Position numbers and translations under genes: made by a program
Assembly (NCBI RefSeq): GCF_036971445.1
Contig: NC_091473.1
Location: 206,956,001 to 207,018,565, forward strand
Direction of reading: 5' to 3'
Source of the DNA: Narcine bancroftii
Lineage: Eukaryota
DNA length: 62,565 nucleotides
Notes under the pieces: model-generated
What the model was told of the DNA's origin: nothing
Databases searched by the model: none
The model's input: only the letters and a program-made list of their open reading frames with translations
In this document: in pieces, positions 1 to 13,330 of the stretch
How the letters are laid out: the number at the start of each line of letters is the position of its first letter
Numbering within the stretch: position 1 is the stretch's first letter

Positions 1-1366
1 ATCAACATTCATAAGGATAATGGTAAAATTACTTGAGATCATTTGGAGAGAAGCAATATATTTCCAAAATTTTACTCTTGACTTTATACTTCTGCAGGTA
101 CAAACTATAATAGATTGATGATGAATTAGCTTGAACGGCTAAATATTCCCATGATCTCCTTGGATAATTCAATAAATTAGATGTGCCTGAATCATGTAAG
201 GAAATAATCTTGATGCTATTTCCTCATTAAAATTTAGAAAGTCTCAGGGACCCAATGGGCTTCCAGTGGGGGTTTTCAAATAATTTTATCATTCTTTCTC
301 ATCTAACTTAGTTGCGGTGTTATCATATTCTTTACAGCAGGGTGGCTTCCAGAATAATTTAATGAAGCCTCTGTATGTGTGTTTTAGGAAAGAATGGTTA
401 AGATACAACCGAATGTTCCTCCTATATATTCATTTATTTAATGCATGCCGATGTTAAAATTCGAGCTACGGTTTTTGCCACTAGAATGGAGAATATTTTA
501 CCAGTAATTATTTCTGAAACAGACCACTTTATGACAAATCGTGATCCATCTTTTAATGTACATCGCTTATTGAATATTCTTCATTTTTCCTCTGCTGAGG
601 CTCCTGAATTAGTCTTTCTCTAGATGCAGAAAGATGTTTGATCGGGTAGAATGGTTCTATTTTTTCATGATCTATAAAAGAAATTGGTCCTGGTTTAATT
701 ATATGGAATAAATTATTGTATTCATGCAGACCAGCGTCAGTTCTTACCAACGTACAACTGCCACAACCTTTTGATCTTCAATGTGGCACTCGACAAAGAT
801 GCCCTTTAAGTCCATTACTTTTTGATTTGGCTATTGAGTTACTCGCGATTACATTTAGAGAGGGTAAGGATATTTCAGGGATATGGAGAAAAGGAATTGA
901 ATATAAAGTTTCTCTTTACGAAGATAAACTTTATTTTGCATTTCATGCCCTGATGCCTCTTTACCCTTTTTATTGTCATTACCTTCAAAATGTTGTCAGT
1001 TTTCAAATTATAAATGAACATAAAAGTGAACTTTTTTCCTTTGAACTCACCTTCATCAATATATGCTAGTTTTCCTTTTAAGATTGTTAGAAATATATTT
1101 AGAAATATATTTCCTTACGTTGGTATTAAAATGACAAAGAATTATAAGCATCGTTTTGAGGAAAAATTATTAACTATGTTAAAGCAATTGAAATAGTCTT
1201 TAACACAATGATCGCCTATATATTTATTTGATCGTATTAATTCCATTAAAATAAATATTTTAACCAACTTGTATATATCTTTTTCAATCAATAAATACCA
1301 ATATCTATCTCTAAATCTTTTTTAACCGCTTGGTTCGGCTGTATTGTCTTATTTATGGGAGTGTAG
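1..1366 (+). mobile_element. Decayed L1/Tx1-clade LINE ORF2 (RT region), left part; interrupted by an ERV
   Basis: Frameshifted RT motifs, e.g. CGTRQRCPLSPLLFDLAIE (ORF 716-1069) and a DAERCL(IG)-like DAEKAFD remnant near 622. Coding similarity resumes after 4522. Confidence 0.85.
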
Positions 1367-1725
1367 TGTTAGGTCTGCTTTGTTCGAGAATGAATGAGTC
1401 AGACACCAGACTGAGTCGAAATCAAGGTTCTTTATTTCCGGATTGTAACATTTGCAACTAACAGTGTTAGTTGAAGAAGGCGCATTCTCCCGATATCAGC
1501 AAGTGGTGTTTTTTTTATACCTCAGGACATGCACTTAGTAAATTATCATACCATTACATTGTCCAATGAATAAGCTGTTGCTACCCTTCTCTGTTAGTCT
1601 GCTGCTCATCAGCTTGTTATTGCCAAACTTATCTTGAGCGTACAAGGTCACACCTGCATTCCTGTTACTCCTTAGTACTGGGTGACTCTTTCTCCGGTCC
1701 AAACTCATGATGTTTTTACCTTACA
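1367..1725 (-). repeat. 3' LTR of the ERV
   Basis: Preceded on the - strand by the purine tract AAAGAGGACAAAGGAGGGAT (1726-1745). Contains - strand TATAAAA (about 1512-1518) and AATAAA (1431-1436). Confidence 0.93.
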
Positions 1726-2165
1726 ATCCCTCCTTTGTCCTCTTTAGATTATCTCCTGTCGTGTAGCACCGCTTTTCATCCATTCCTCTTTCTCACTTGG
1801 GCTAGCTTTTTCCTGTATTTCTATCAGGTGTTCAATATTTGGTGGGGGTCCCTCTCCCTCCTTCTCCTTTTAGTCACTCAACTTACTCCTATTTTCTCTT
1901 CTCTCTAATTACTCTTTTTTGCCATGGGACCTCAGAATCATCCCCTGTATAGGTTCTTGATATCCAGTAACCTGTTTGGCTGCTCTGTCAGCCGCCGTAT
2001 TTCCTTTCCCTTCCTTTGTGTTTTGTAGGGAATGGCCTGCCACCTTAATTAGGCTTAGAGCCCTGGGGAGCATGACTGCCCTGACAAGTCTCCGTAAAAT
2101 CAGATCATGTCAGAGAGACTTATTGTCAGAGTACATACATGACATCTCATACATCCAGAGACTGT

Positions 2166-2175
2166 GAGAGAGAGC

Positions 2176-2256
<81 letters not shown>

Positions 2257-2335
2257 CCTAGCGAGAGAAAGAGAGCATAGCGAGAAAAAGAGATAGAGAG
2301 GCAGATACACAGAGCACGAGAGATGGAGAGAGAAA
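2166..2335. repeat. (AG)n microsatellite and degenerate AG-rich tract
   Basis: Direct reading; lies inside the ERV interior. Confidence 0.95.
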
Positions 2336-2506
2336 ATGCCTTGCACTGGCCCCAGTGGGAGAAAAGTCTTCAGATTAACACTTCCGTTTCGTGGTTACAC
2401 TTTTAAAAGGTTCTCATCCTGTGATCACTGGTCTGGATCAGATTGGGTCTCCCAGCACTGGGAACCACCACTCCTTCCTTCCCTCCCACCTCGAGTGACC
2501 TACACG

Positions 2507-3076
2507 TCAGCCCACAACGTCTGCCCTGATCCCACAATGGTGGGGGTGCGGGAAAGAGGGAGGGAGAGAGGATAAAACAGGATCCCATTTGATGCAGAGC
2601 TGGAATTGTGGGCACAAAATTAAAACCAAATTGTATTTCTCTGCCCTGCCAAACCTGGGGATTTCAGGGCAGCACCGCCACAGATTGGGATTGGGAAGGG
2701 GAGTGGGTGAGAGAGGAGGGGGGGGAGAAGAGAGAGAGGGGAGAGAAGAGAGAGGGGAGGGCGAAAGGAGGGAGGGAGAGAGCAAACCCGGACACTTCTT
2801 GGCTGGAAACCGGAAACAGGCACTTTTCCTTTCCCTTCTGTGTTTTGTTTCTTCCAACTTATCTAAGACCCTACACTTTAGAATTTTGTTTCCCTCACCT
2901 GCCAGGAACATCTCGGCGCTCCCGAGTAACCACCCCAACTTCCTCCAGCGATCTACACATTTTCGGAGAATTCTTTGTTTCTCCAATGCCTCTTTACTGG
3001 TATTTCGCTTCTCTAATTCCTGATTAATTTCCCTAATAACTTGGTCAAAGGTCTTAGCAGGAAACTGTGCAGCCAT
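2507..3076 (-). CDS. Putative gag-derived ORF of the ERV (189 aa; charged helical part followed by a Pro/Ser-rich part)
   Basis: ATG-initiated, sense to the element, about 1 kb downstream of the PBS. No capsid or zinc-knuckle motif recognised. Confidence 0.4.
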   Translation of the reverse strand: MAAQFPAKTFDQVIREINQELEKRNTSKEALEKQRILRKCVDRWRKLGWLLGSAEMFLAGEGNKILKCRVLDKLEETKHRRERKSACFRFPAKKCPGLLSPSLLSPSPLSSLPSLSSPPPPLSPTPLPNPNLWRCCPEIPRFGRAEKYNLVLILCPQFQLCIKWDPVLSSLPPSFPHPHHCGIRADVVG

Positions 3077-4138
3077 TGCTGTGGGGTCGCTTCCTAATGC
3101 CTCTCTTAATTTAGGTTTTGTCCGTTTAGAGGATCTATGTTAACAAAAATCACCTTTAAAAATGTCTCCTTGCAGGCCGGATGACAAAAGTTTTTTTAGT
3201 GAAACAGTCTCCAAGTCTGGTCCTCCCGTGGACCTCAGACTGTCCTGTATACTCTGATTGCTCGTCTTCCACTCTCTGTTTTCCCAAAGAGGTCTGAAAG
3301 TTAGGTTACAACTAGGAAACCAAGTTTTAGGGCTATATTTTTGTCCAGTTTCCCTGTACCAATCTATGAATTTATGTAACTTTATACTCCTTGGTGATGC
3401 TGGGAATACCTTCATTTAACTTGTCAAAAATATTTCAAGTAAACCGTGTGTCTCTTAAGATTCTGTCAACTTTTTCATTGATATCTCCTACCTGATCTGG
3501 ACACAGCTTTTGCAGTCTTTGGTCGTCGCCCTTGTTCACCAGGCAGGCATCTCTGAGTACTCTTTGTCGTCTCAAGGTCTCTAATGTCTGCTGTGGTATT
3601 CCTCCACGGCGAATTTGGGAAATAAATTCTTAAGTTTTCAAGTGTACGGACATTATCATACCTACCGGACATTTATAAGCGAGTCTTATACAATTGAGAC
3701 CAATAAGCCTGAACCTTCGTTTTCTTTCAAAGCCCAACCTTCATGTGGGAGATTTCTCCTCTTAATAACTGGTTTAGGGCAGAAAACTCAGGTCCCCAAT
3801 TGTTCTTAGACCACCTTCTCACTCTATCTGACTTTGTAACGTCACAATAAAGACTTTTTAAACTCTAGTAGTTTGTCGGCGAAGCACTTATCAAATGTCA
3901 CTAAAACACCTTAAGGACTTTTATAGTTTTGCCTGTAAACACTTACGTGTTACAATCCTGGCAGGTGACGACCTTCAATTATGATCGTCTAATTTGTCCG
4001 ATCTCCAGTTCTTACTGACAATCATAAAGATTTTAAGAGAGAGAATTTTGTTAAAACAGGCTTCTCTGGACCTTTTTGTCAGCCGGCTGAGATGATTGTC
4101 AAGAAAAACAGAAACCGTCGTCTAGTGTCCACTCACCC

Positions 4139-4156
4139 ATCATGTCAGGGTCACCA
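4139..4156 (-). promoter_or_regulatory. Primer-binding site complementary to tRNA-Trp
   Basis: - strand TGGTGACCCTGACATGAT, 3 nt from the 5' LTR. Matches the canonical tRNA-Trp PBS TGGTGACCCCGACGTGAT at 16/18, and both differences are CpG-type transitions. Confidence 0.9.
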
Positions 4157-4159
4157 AAT

Positions 4160-4518
4160 TGTTAGGTCTGCTTTGTTCGAGAATGAGTGAGTCAGATACC
4201 AGACTGAGTCGAAATCAAGGTTCTTTATTACCGGATTGTAACACTTGCAACTAACAGTGTTAGTTGGAGAAGGTGCATTCTCCTGATATCAGCAAGTGGT
4301 GTTTTTTTTATACATCAGGAAACGCACTTAGTAAATTATCATACCATTACATTGTCCAATGAATAAGCTGTTGCTACCCTTCTCTGTTAGTCTGCTGCTC
4401 ATCAGCTTGTTATTGCCAAACTTATCTTGAGCGTACAAGGTCACACCTGCATTCCTGTTACTCCTTAGTACTGGGTGACTCTTTCTCCGGTCCCAACTCA
4501 TGATGTTTTTACCTAACA
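4160..4518 (-). repeat. 5' LTR of the ERV
   Basis: Copy of 1367-1725, directly adjacent to the PBS. Confidence 0.93.
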
Positions 4519-4522
4519 GTAG

Positions 4523-5190
4523 GCACCGTTGCTTAATTAAAGTACGTCTGCAAAATATAAAACAAATGGAGGTATGGCGCTACCTAATGTCAGGATTATT
4601 TCATGGGCAATCAATATACGTTTGCTTATGTTTTTGCCACATTTTTATAATCATGACAACCGTGCAATATTTTCAATTTTGCACCTCTTGGATTTTCATT
4701 TCCAGTTCCTTCAATTCAGTGAATTTACTATCGTATTGTTAGTCCTTCTATCGGAATTCCTGTACAGTTTAGAAAACACCATGGCTCCTCAATTTTTATT
4801 TTTCAAATCCTATATTATTTAACCAATTTTTAAATCTTCTTTACATTACATTGTCTTTCGGGAATGGCACAGAGTAGGTATTCAATCTTATAATGATGTT
4901 TTCGTGGATACCAGATTTGAATCATGCAAACAACTGTCTGAAATTTTTAATTTACCCAGTATTCAATTCTTTAGATATTTGAAAATTAGTCATTTTATTC
5001 AATCTCAGATTTCTCGTTCATGTGAAGCTGCCAATGCGAATATTGTGAATGAGTGATTTGGTTTTTATCCTTCTTGTAACAGTTTTATATATTTTTTTTA
5101 TTTAAGGCAATACCCACTATTTAAAATTACAATGCTGGGAAATGGATTTAAACTTCTCAATATCGGATGAAGTTTGGGATTTTAATGGAG
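4523..5190 (+). mobile_element. Continuation of the L1/Tx1 ORF2 interrupted by the ERV
   Basis: GGMALPN..SWA motif (about 4567-4610), typical of the L1 ORF2 region after RT. Confidence 0.8.
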
Positions 5191-5250
5191 AATTTAAACC
5201 ATGCTTTTGCTTATGCAAGGCTGAGTATTAGTAACCTACTTTGAGAATAA

Positions 5251-5898
5251 TGTAAGAATCAACGGACATATTCAGCTAAATTCCACCATGGGGCCAAGAG
5301 ATGCAGTTATCTGACAAAAAGAAATCTGGTACCAAAAACATTTAATCTTCCTGCTTGTTAGCCAGTTGCTGTTTGAGATTGATGGGATTTTGTTGGTCAC
5401 AGACTGTGAAACGAGACCTCGCAGCTAAGTAGATCATTGTATTCAAAGTGATAAGCTATAAAGTTGTCTTGCAGCTAAGTAAATCATTGCATTCAAAGTG
5501 ATAATCTAGAAAATTGTGGTATTTGATAGAAGCCAAGGCTGTTCGGTTATCTTTTTTTTGTGCTGGGAATAGATGCTTAGGTAAGTGGTTTTTGGGTAAT
5601 ATAAGCCATGGTCCCGCTGCTAAAGTTTCAGTCTACCTGAGGGTTGGCAACATCTCTCAGCAAGAAGGAGAACTTCTAGAGTCCAACCAACATCGGGGAA
5701 GGTGGAGAAGCATTGCCTCGCTTCTGCAGTTGGGACCTGTCCAGGCGTTGATAAGTATAATTGGGAAGGGCTTACATATTGTAGTTTGAAATCAGCTTTA
5801 GATTTTGTAATAAAGATTTGTATAAACTGAAGTGCTCTCGGCGTGTGTGTCTGTTTTCTTTCGGTAGCTCAAACACTGTTACCAATCTAAAACTAACA
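5251..5898 (+). mobile_element. Probable solo LTR
   Basis: TGTAAG...CTAACA termini, an internal 50-bp-period tandem repeat (5421 and 5471), a TATAA near 5756 and AATAAA near 5808. No matching TSD seen. Confidence 0.5.
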
Positions 5899-5899
5899 A

Positions 5900-7755
5900 A
5901 GTGAGAATTAGAAGTTTAATTTTATTAAATTGCTCGTGATAATTTTTTAAATTTCATTTTCAATTCTGTGTCAGAAATATTTCCAGATAAAAGAATATTT
6001 GGATCTTCTGGAAACTTAACTTTTGTAACTCTTCAAAAATAAACAAAATTCTATCCAAAAGTGTCTTAATCTTGAACATTCCTGCATAGAATGTAAATAA
6101 GGGTAACTATTTCTTCCTTACATCTAAAACATTTATCTGTAAAAGTAGAACTGAATCCATTTAACTTCTGTGGAGTAAGATATAGTTGATGTAAAAATGT
6201 TATATTGTACCATTCTCTACCGAACATTAATTGTATTAGTCATACTATCCTGACAAAATTCTAACCAAGCTTCCTCTTAAACATCTACTTTTAAATCATT
6301 CTCCCATCTTTGTCTTGATTTATGAACTCCTCGTTTATACATTACTTTTTTACAAAATTGCATATATAATTGAAATAAACGTTTTTAAATATTTATATCT
6401 ATGATTAATTTTTCCAAATGACTTTGTTCAGGTAATATCAAATCTGGGCCCAAATTCTCTCTTACATAAGCTTTAACTTGTAATGAGAAAATATTGTATT
6501 ACTTTTCATTTAGTATTTAATTTCATTTGTTCAAATTTCATTAACGTTGTACCCTGAAATCAACATTTTATTTTCTTTATTGCTTTATTAAACCAAATAT
6601 TTTTAAATGATTATTTATTGTAAAAGGAATAACTTGATTCTGATTCTGAAAAATTCTTTATTCCCATTTCCAAATGTGTTTTATTTCATATTTTAAAAAT
6701 ATGTTTTAGCTAAGGTTATCTCTATCTCCAAAAATAAACACCTTTTCACTTCATTTAAATTAAAATCCTCTGACTCATCTTATCCTATTTTATTAATTTA
6801 TATCTGATTCCATGTTGGCTTCTGTCACTCTTGACAGGAAAGTAGAAATAAATCACAATTGTGCTTCTCTACAATAATTTTAAGATGTAGTCCTCCAACT
6901 TCAAATTTCCATGTTATTTTTTTTCTAATGAAGCTCCTGTCATTACTCCTTTCCAAATAAATTTCCGTACATACTTACTTAGATCTTGAAAAATAAAATT
7001 GATGGTATAAATGTAGGTAACGTTTCCAGTAAGTACTGTACTATAGGAAATATATACATTTTTATACAGTTAACCTTTACTTTTAATGTTATAGGTAACA
7101 AAATCCATCCATTTCTGAAAATCTTCTTCTATTTTCTTAAGCAATGGCGTAAAATTCAATTTAAATAAATTCGATTTTAATACCTAGATATTTAATTACA
7201 TCTCTCTGCCATTTAAACTGACCTTCTCTTTTATGTAGCTCATAATCTGCCTAGATATTTAATTACATCTCTCTGCCTTTTAAACTGACTTTCTCTTTTA
7301 TGTAGCTCATAATCTGCTTTTACTATAGGCATTATTTCACTTTTATCACAATTTATTTTGCAGCCAGATACGACAGCATATTCCTTTAATCGGAAATACA
7401 ATTTACTTAATGACCTTTCTTGTTAATTCAAATATATTATAACATCATCTTCAAATAAACGAATCTATGCCCCTTCCTGTCGACTTTAAAACTGTTGTTA
7501 TTATTATTATTAATAATAATTTCAAGTTTAATTGATTATGCAAAAGGATCTATGCAAATATTAAATAATGAAGGTAACAATGAACAACTTTGTCTACTTG
7601 ATCGAGTCAATAACAATATTCTGGCATTTGTCCATTTGTTATCATTTTCACTTTAGGTTTATTATATAGAGCTCCCACAAAATTTATATATACGGGTGCT
7701 ATCCCACATTTTCCTAGCACTTTCAATGAAAAGTCCAATTCAAGTCTATAAAACG
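5900..7755 (-). mobile_element. Old L1/Tx1 LINE ORF2, 3' portion
   Basis: - strand TWKFEVGGL (about 6885-6915) and RSSRQSC (about 7580-7605). The reading continues past 13615. Confidence 0.8.
7183..7316. repeat. Local tandem duplication, 67-bp period, 2 copies
   Basis: CCTAGATATTTAATTACATCTCTCTGCC...GTAGCTCATAATCTG at 7183 and 7250. Confidence 0.9.
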
Positions 7756-7893
7756 GGTGGCATGGCAAGATGGCGTAGAGTCTAGACGTGCAATCTCGAC
7801 CTCTCTGGCCAGATTACTAAATACCCATTTTTTAACCTTTTCTTTTCAAGTTTAAACTTTTTAACTTTTAGTTTAAAGTATTAAGAAATTATT

Positions 7894-9378
7894 ATGGCCA
7901 CTAATGGTAAAATGACTAAACCTCAAGTTCATAAGAAGTTATATTTTCGAAGTGCTGAAGATCTGGGGCCAAGACGACCTGACACAGCCCCAGGCTCAAT
8001 TTATTCATTGCCTAAACCCCAAAGATCGCCTGTGGGGGCTGAATAAAAATACCTATTGCTCACCAAATGAAGGATGCCGCTGGAATTACCCATTCTCTGG
8101 AAGAAGGTGCGAGTTCCTAAGAAGTGGACCCCGATTTGGAAAGCCTTCCGATTTCAATGGAGGGAGCATGCAGGAAGACGACTCCATTTTTGGAAATGCA
8201 TCAGGTGGCATGTCAATCTAAAGAAATCGTTTTTCTTCGCGAATTGATAAGAAAACAACAACATACGGGGAGAGACCATTGGCGACTCCCTGAGGAAGTC
8301 GGGGTGCCGTCGCTGGGAGGCCAGATCGGCAGTAAAACTTCTAAAATGCCCTTCTGTTGAGTTGCAGCAGGAGCTGCAGTTACCTTGTTCTGCCACTATG
8401 TCATAGAGAGCAGAGCTGAGATTGACTGATTCACAGTGTATGCAATTGAATGCAATTATTCAAGCTGTTATAAAACCTGGAATGGATTTGTTGTCATTTC
8501 AAATGAATGAGATGGTTCAAATGAATGCTGGTATGTGTTCAGAATTAAATAGGGTTAAGACACATGTGGATGTATCTTATGAAGAATTGAAAAAATTTCA
8601 GACTGCTTTTTTGAACTCTAAGCAACAAGTGACTTCTAACACATAAAAAGTGTTGAAGGTGAAAAAATCAATCATAGAATTGGGAGATCGTGAGAAAGAG
8701 CTATAAAGAAAAATAGATTATTTGGAAAATCAAAGCAGAAGGAATAATGTGAAAATTGTTTGTTTGCCACAAGGATTAGCAGGACAAGATCCTCTTCATT
8801 TTTTTAAAGACTGGACTCCGCATATATTAGGCCAAGAATTTTTATCTGCGTGATTGGCACTGGGAAGAGCACATGGAGCTTGAAGAAGAATACCCTCAGC
8901 TGGTCAACCCCTGAGACTGGTAATAATTCGATATCTGAGTTATTTGGATAGAGAAGCAATACTTCAACTTGCATTACAAAATGTGAGACAATGACAAACC
9001 ACATTATTGATTCAGAATAGCAGAATCTTTTTTTATCCTGATCTGAGTCAGGATTTCATTCAACATCAATATCGATTCAATCCAGTTAAAGATGTTTTGT
9101 GGTGTAAAGGTTATAAGTCTACTTTTCGTTACGCTGCAGTGCTGAAGGTCTTTTATGGAGACTATCAATTTCGGTTTTTTGAAACTGATTGTGAAGCAAT
9201 GATTTTTGTTGATTTATTGCCAGATATAAGAGGACAAAGACATAGTCCACCATTATCTCCTAAAGAAATATTTGGTAGCTCTGGAAATGGAAGAAATGGC
9301 AGAAATGGGAAAAACGGGAATGTAAAGAGTCTACCTCCTTCTGAAATGGGATTTTCGAGATGGGAATCTTTTGGATGA
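7894..9378 (+). pseudogene. L1 ORF1 remnant (coiled coil plus RRM/CTD)
   Basis: LENQSRRNNVKIV near 8720-8760 and IFFYPDLS (ORF 9007-9378). Confidence 0.75.
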
Positions 9379-9707
9379 AAAGAAGAATTTTCTTATTCTA
9401 TTTTTTTCTTTTGTTATTTTAATATTTTGATGTTACTGACTGTTTGACTGGGGAGGGAGAGATTTGCAATAAGTTCTTTAATAGTCATCAGCCACTGGTG
9501 GGTGACTCACACCCAATTTTTCTTTAGGGGATTACTACCTTTTCATAGTTTTTTGGGGGGGATTTTCTTTTTTTCCCATTTTCTATGTTTTTTTATTGTA
9601 AAATATTTTTAGTTTTTAATTCATGATTTTTTTAATTGGAGGGCCTATACATGTTGATTTCAGTTTTTATATAAACTTATTATTGGTATTTAGTAATAAT
9701 AGTAGAT

Positions 9708-12700
9708 ATGTCAAAGTTGAGGTTTGCTACTTTTAATGTTCGAGGATTAAATAGTAAGATTAAACATAAGCAAGTCTTGGTGTATATTAAGAAAATGAAA
9801 ATTGATATTGCCTTTTTACAAGAAACACATTTGAATGTGAAGGAAAGTGTGAAATTAAAAAAGGGATTGGGTTGGGCATGTATATTCTTCTTTGTTTAAT
9901 TCTAGAGCTAAAGGTGTAGTAATTTTGATACATAAAATTTTATCTTTTGAATTACAATCAATGGAGGAAAAGGCAGGATGTATTCTTAAATTGAATTGTA
10001 AGATTTTTAGTTAATTTTGGACTTTAGTCAATATTTATGTTCCAAAAACAGATGATGAAGTTTTTATTTCGGATGCTTTTTCATGTTTGAGTCAAGCTAA
10101 TGATAATATATTAGTTGGTGGTGATTTTAATTGTGTTTTGCAACCTTTACTAGATACATCTCCGAAGAAAGTTTAAAAAATCCAAGATGGAAATCTGGGT
10201 CCAACCATTGATGAATAGATACTTGGAGACGTCTTAATCCGACAGAGAAAGGTTTTACTTTTTATTCATCTAGACATGAATCGTTTTCAAGGATTGACTT
10301 CTTCTTAGTATTGGCACATTTACAAGAGAAAATACAAAAAGCCGAATATAAATGTAGGGTGATTTACACATGAAACTTCTGAAAAAATTCAAATAACATC
10401 GTTGGAGATTTAATACAATGTTCTTAAAAAATATGGAATTTATTGATTTTTTGAAAAAACAAATCAATTTTTTTTAAAGAAAATTCTAATTCTGTTCAAA
10501 GTAAGTTTGTATTATGGGATGCTATGAAAGCCTATTTGAGAGGACAAATAATTAGGTATACTAAAATTAAAAAGAATCAATTAAATCAGAGTTTTGAATT
10601 AGAGAAACAGATTAATGAGTTAGAAAAGGATTTTCAGAGAGACTCTACAGAAGATCAGAAAATAGAATAGTCTATGTTGAAACTGGAATATAATACTTTG
10701 CAATCTTATCAATTTGAGTGCATGATTAACAGGGCTAAACAACGATATTATGAATGGGGAGAGAAAGCACATAAGGTATTGGCGTGGCAATGAAAGAAAG
10801 AACAGATATCGAGGACTATTAATGCTGTTAGACGGAATTCTCTTATTACTTATAAACCTCGTGAGATTAATGATGAAATTTATTCATTTTATAAAAGGTT
10901 ATATATATCTGAAGAAAACAGGAAACTGGATCGATTGATCCTTTTTTATCACAGTTCAATTTACCAATATTAGAGGAATGAGATATACAGGAGTTTGAAG
11001 AACCATTTATTGATTCGGAAATTAAAATGGCTATGCTGGAAATGCTGAACGGTAAATCACCTGGTGATGATGTATTTTCGGTTGATTTTAGAAAGTTTTT
11101 TATGATGATTTATCTACAGTGTTTGGGGATATATTATGTCAAGTTGGAGAACATTATCATTTACCTGTGTCTTGTTCTGGTGCTTTAATTACAGTAATTC
11201 CTAAAAGAGATAGAGATCCTTTGAAGGTATCTTCATATAGACCAACTTCGTTGTTAAATGTAGATTATAAAATAATAGCTAAAATATTAGCGAATAGTTT
11301 GGCTAATTTTTTACCAAAGTTGATTCTTATTGATCAAACAGGTTTTATAAAGAATAGATATGCTTCAGATAACATTGTGTGCATGATTAATTTGATTAAT
11401 AGATTTCTACAATCTTTAGATCATCTGATGTTGATATCCTTAGATGCAGAAAAAGCATTTGATAGAGTTGAAAGGAATTTTTAAAGTTTGGGGGTAATTT
11501 AAGTTTGGTCCTTCTTTTATTGGTTGGATTAGGGCTTTATATAGTAAACCGGTGGCTAGAGTATTGACAAATGGTTTGATTTTGGAATCTTTTAAGTTAA
11601 CTCGATCAACTCGTCAAGGTTGTCCTTTATCACCAGCTTTGTTTGCGTTAGTGATTGAACCTTTAGCACAGTTGATAAGAAAAAATGCACAGATACAAGG
11701 TATGAAAGTTTTAGATGAGGAGTATAAATTAATTTATTTGCTGATGACGTATTTAATAAACCCAGTTCAGTCACTTTTGCATTTGAAGGAATGTTTAATA
11801 CAATAAGGATGTCTTTCTGGATACAAAGTTAATTGCAGAAAAAAAGTGAAATATTACCGGTAAGTGAAGGAGATTATTCAGTTTATAAGAATATTATTAA
11901 TTTGAAGTGGAGTGACCAAAGTAAATATCTGGGTATAATTTTGAATGTTAATTATCAATCTTTATATAAATTAAATTATGCTCCGTTAATGAAAAAAATC
12001 AAAACCGATTTGATTAAATGGAAAGATTTACCTATTAATTTAATGGGAAGGATAAATACAATTAAAATGAATATATTTCCGCAAATACAATATTTGTTTC
12101 AATCTATTTACTTGATAAAATTATTTTTCGAGATTTAAATAAAATGGTTGGGGAGTTTTTATGAAGGGGTAAATTTTCGAGAGTAGATTTGAATAAATTA
12201 ACTTGGAAATATGAGTTAGGGGGATTACATTTACCACATTTTCAAAATTATTATGAGGCAGCCCAATTTAAATTTATTAGTTCATTGATGGATGTGGTAC
12301 AGCCTCCTAGTTGGCTAAAATTGAGATGGTTAGTATTTCTGAATTTGAAATCCATCAATTTTTGTTTAGGTGGAATATAAATTTGTTACAACAATATAAT
12401 GTGCCAATACTAAAACATTTAATGAAGTTATGGATAAAGAAATATAAAATATGTTCTAGGGTTAAATTATTAGCTTTGACCCCGTTATATAATAATCAAC
12501 TTATTTCTTTTTCAATACATAATCAAAGTTTATCGCATTGGAGATTAAAAGGTGTGAAAAATTTGGGAGATTGTTTTAAAGAGGGTACGTTTTTATCTTT
12601 TAATCAGATGAGGGAAATTTTGGTATTGATAAGAATTCTTCATTTCTTTTTAATCAAATTCGATCTTTGGTAAAAATGTATGTTGGGTACAGATATGATT

Positions 12701-13330
12701 TTAGTTAAAATTACTTAATTTGAGAATTCTCTTATGAAGGTACCAGAGAAGGGTTATATTTCATTTATGTATCAAATATTACTGGATGGTATGGATAAAA
12801 AGGTTTGGGATAGATCTAAAATTAAATGGAAAGTGGATATCGGTTTTACTCTTTCTGAAGAGGATTGGTTTGATATCTGTTATGATAGTGTAACTAGATT
12901 GATAAATGCACGTTATGCAATTATTAATAACAATTTTTTACATCAATTATATTTGACTCCTGACAAATTAAGAAAATATGGTTTTAATGAATCAGATTTG
13001 TGTTTTAGATGTGGTGATACGGTTGGAACTTTTTTTCATGCTATTTGGTCATGTATACAAATACAATAATTTTGGAAGAAAATTCAATCGCTTTTAGAAT
13101 ATCTCTATAAGATTAAAATAGTTTTAGATCCAACAGTATTTTGATTGGGTAGTTTGCAACCTCTGAAAAGCTTGGGATTAGATAAGTTTCAGCTTGCATT
13201 TGTATATTTAGCTTTATCCATAGCGAAAAAATGTATTGCTAGTATGTGAAAAGAAACAAATATTATTGATATTAATAGATGACATAATGAGTTGAAATAT
13301 TGTTTCATAATGGAAAAAATACATATGTTT
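9708..13330 (+). pseudogene. L1 ORF2 remnant (EN-RT-CCHC)
   Basis: Colinear fragments in ORFs 9708, 11119, 11552, 11833, 12189, 12311 and 12734. Confidence 0.9.

Larger units (their letters stand above)
1367..4518 (-). mobile_element. Non-autonomous endogenous retrovirus / LTR element with two 359-bp LTRs
   Basis: TG...CA direct repeats at 1367-1725 and 4160-4518, about 12 mismatches by eye. 4-bp TSD GTAG at 1363-1366 and 4519-4522. PBS and polypurine tract are both on the - strand. No pol or env motifs in the 2.4-kb interior. Confidence 0.95.

Noticed and set aside
2589-3027. + strand ORFs of 139-144 aa
   Set aside because: Antisense to the ERV and driven by GA-rich low-complexity sequence.
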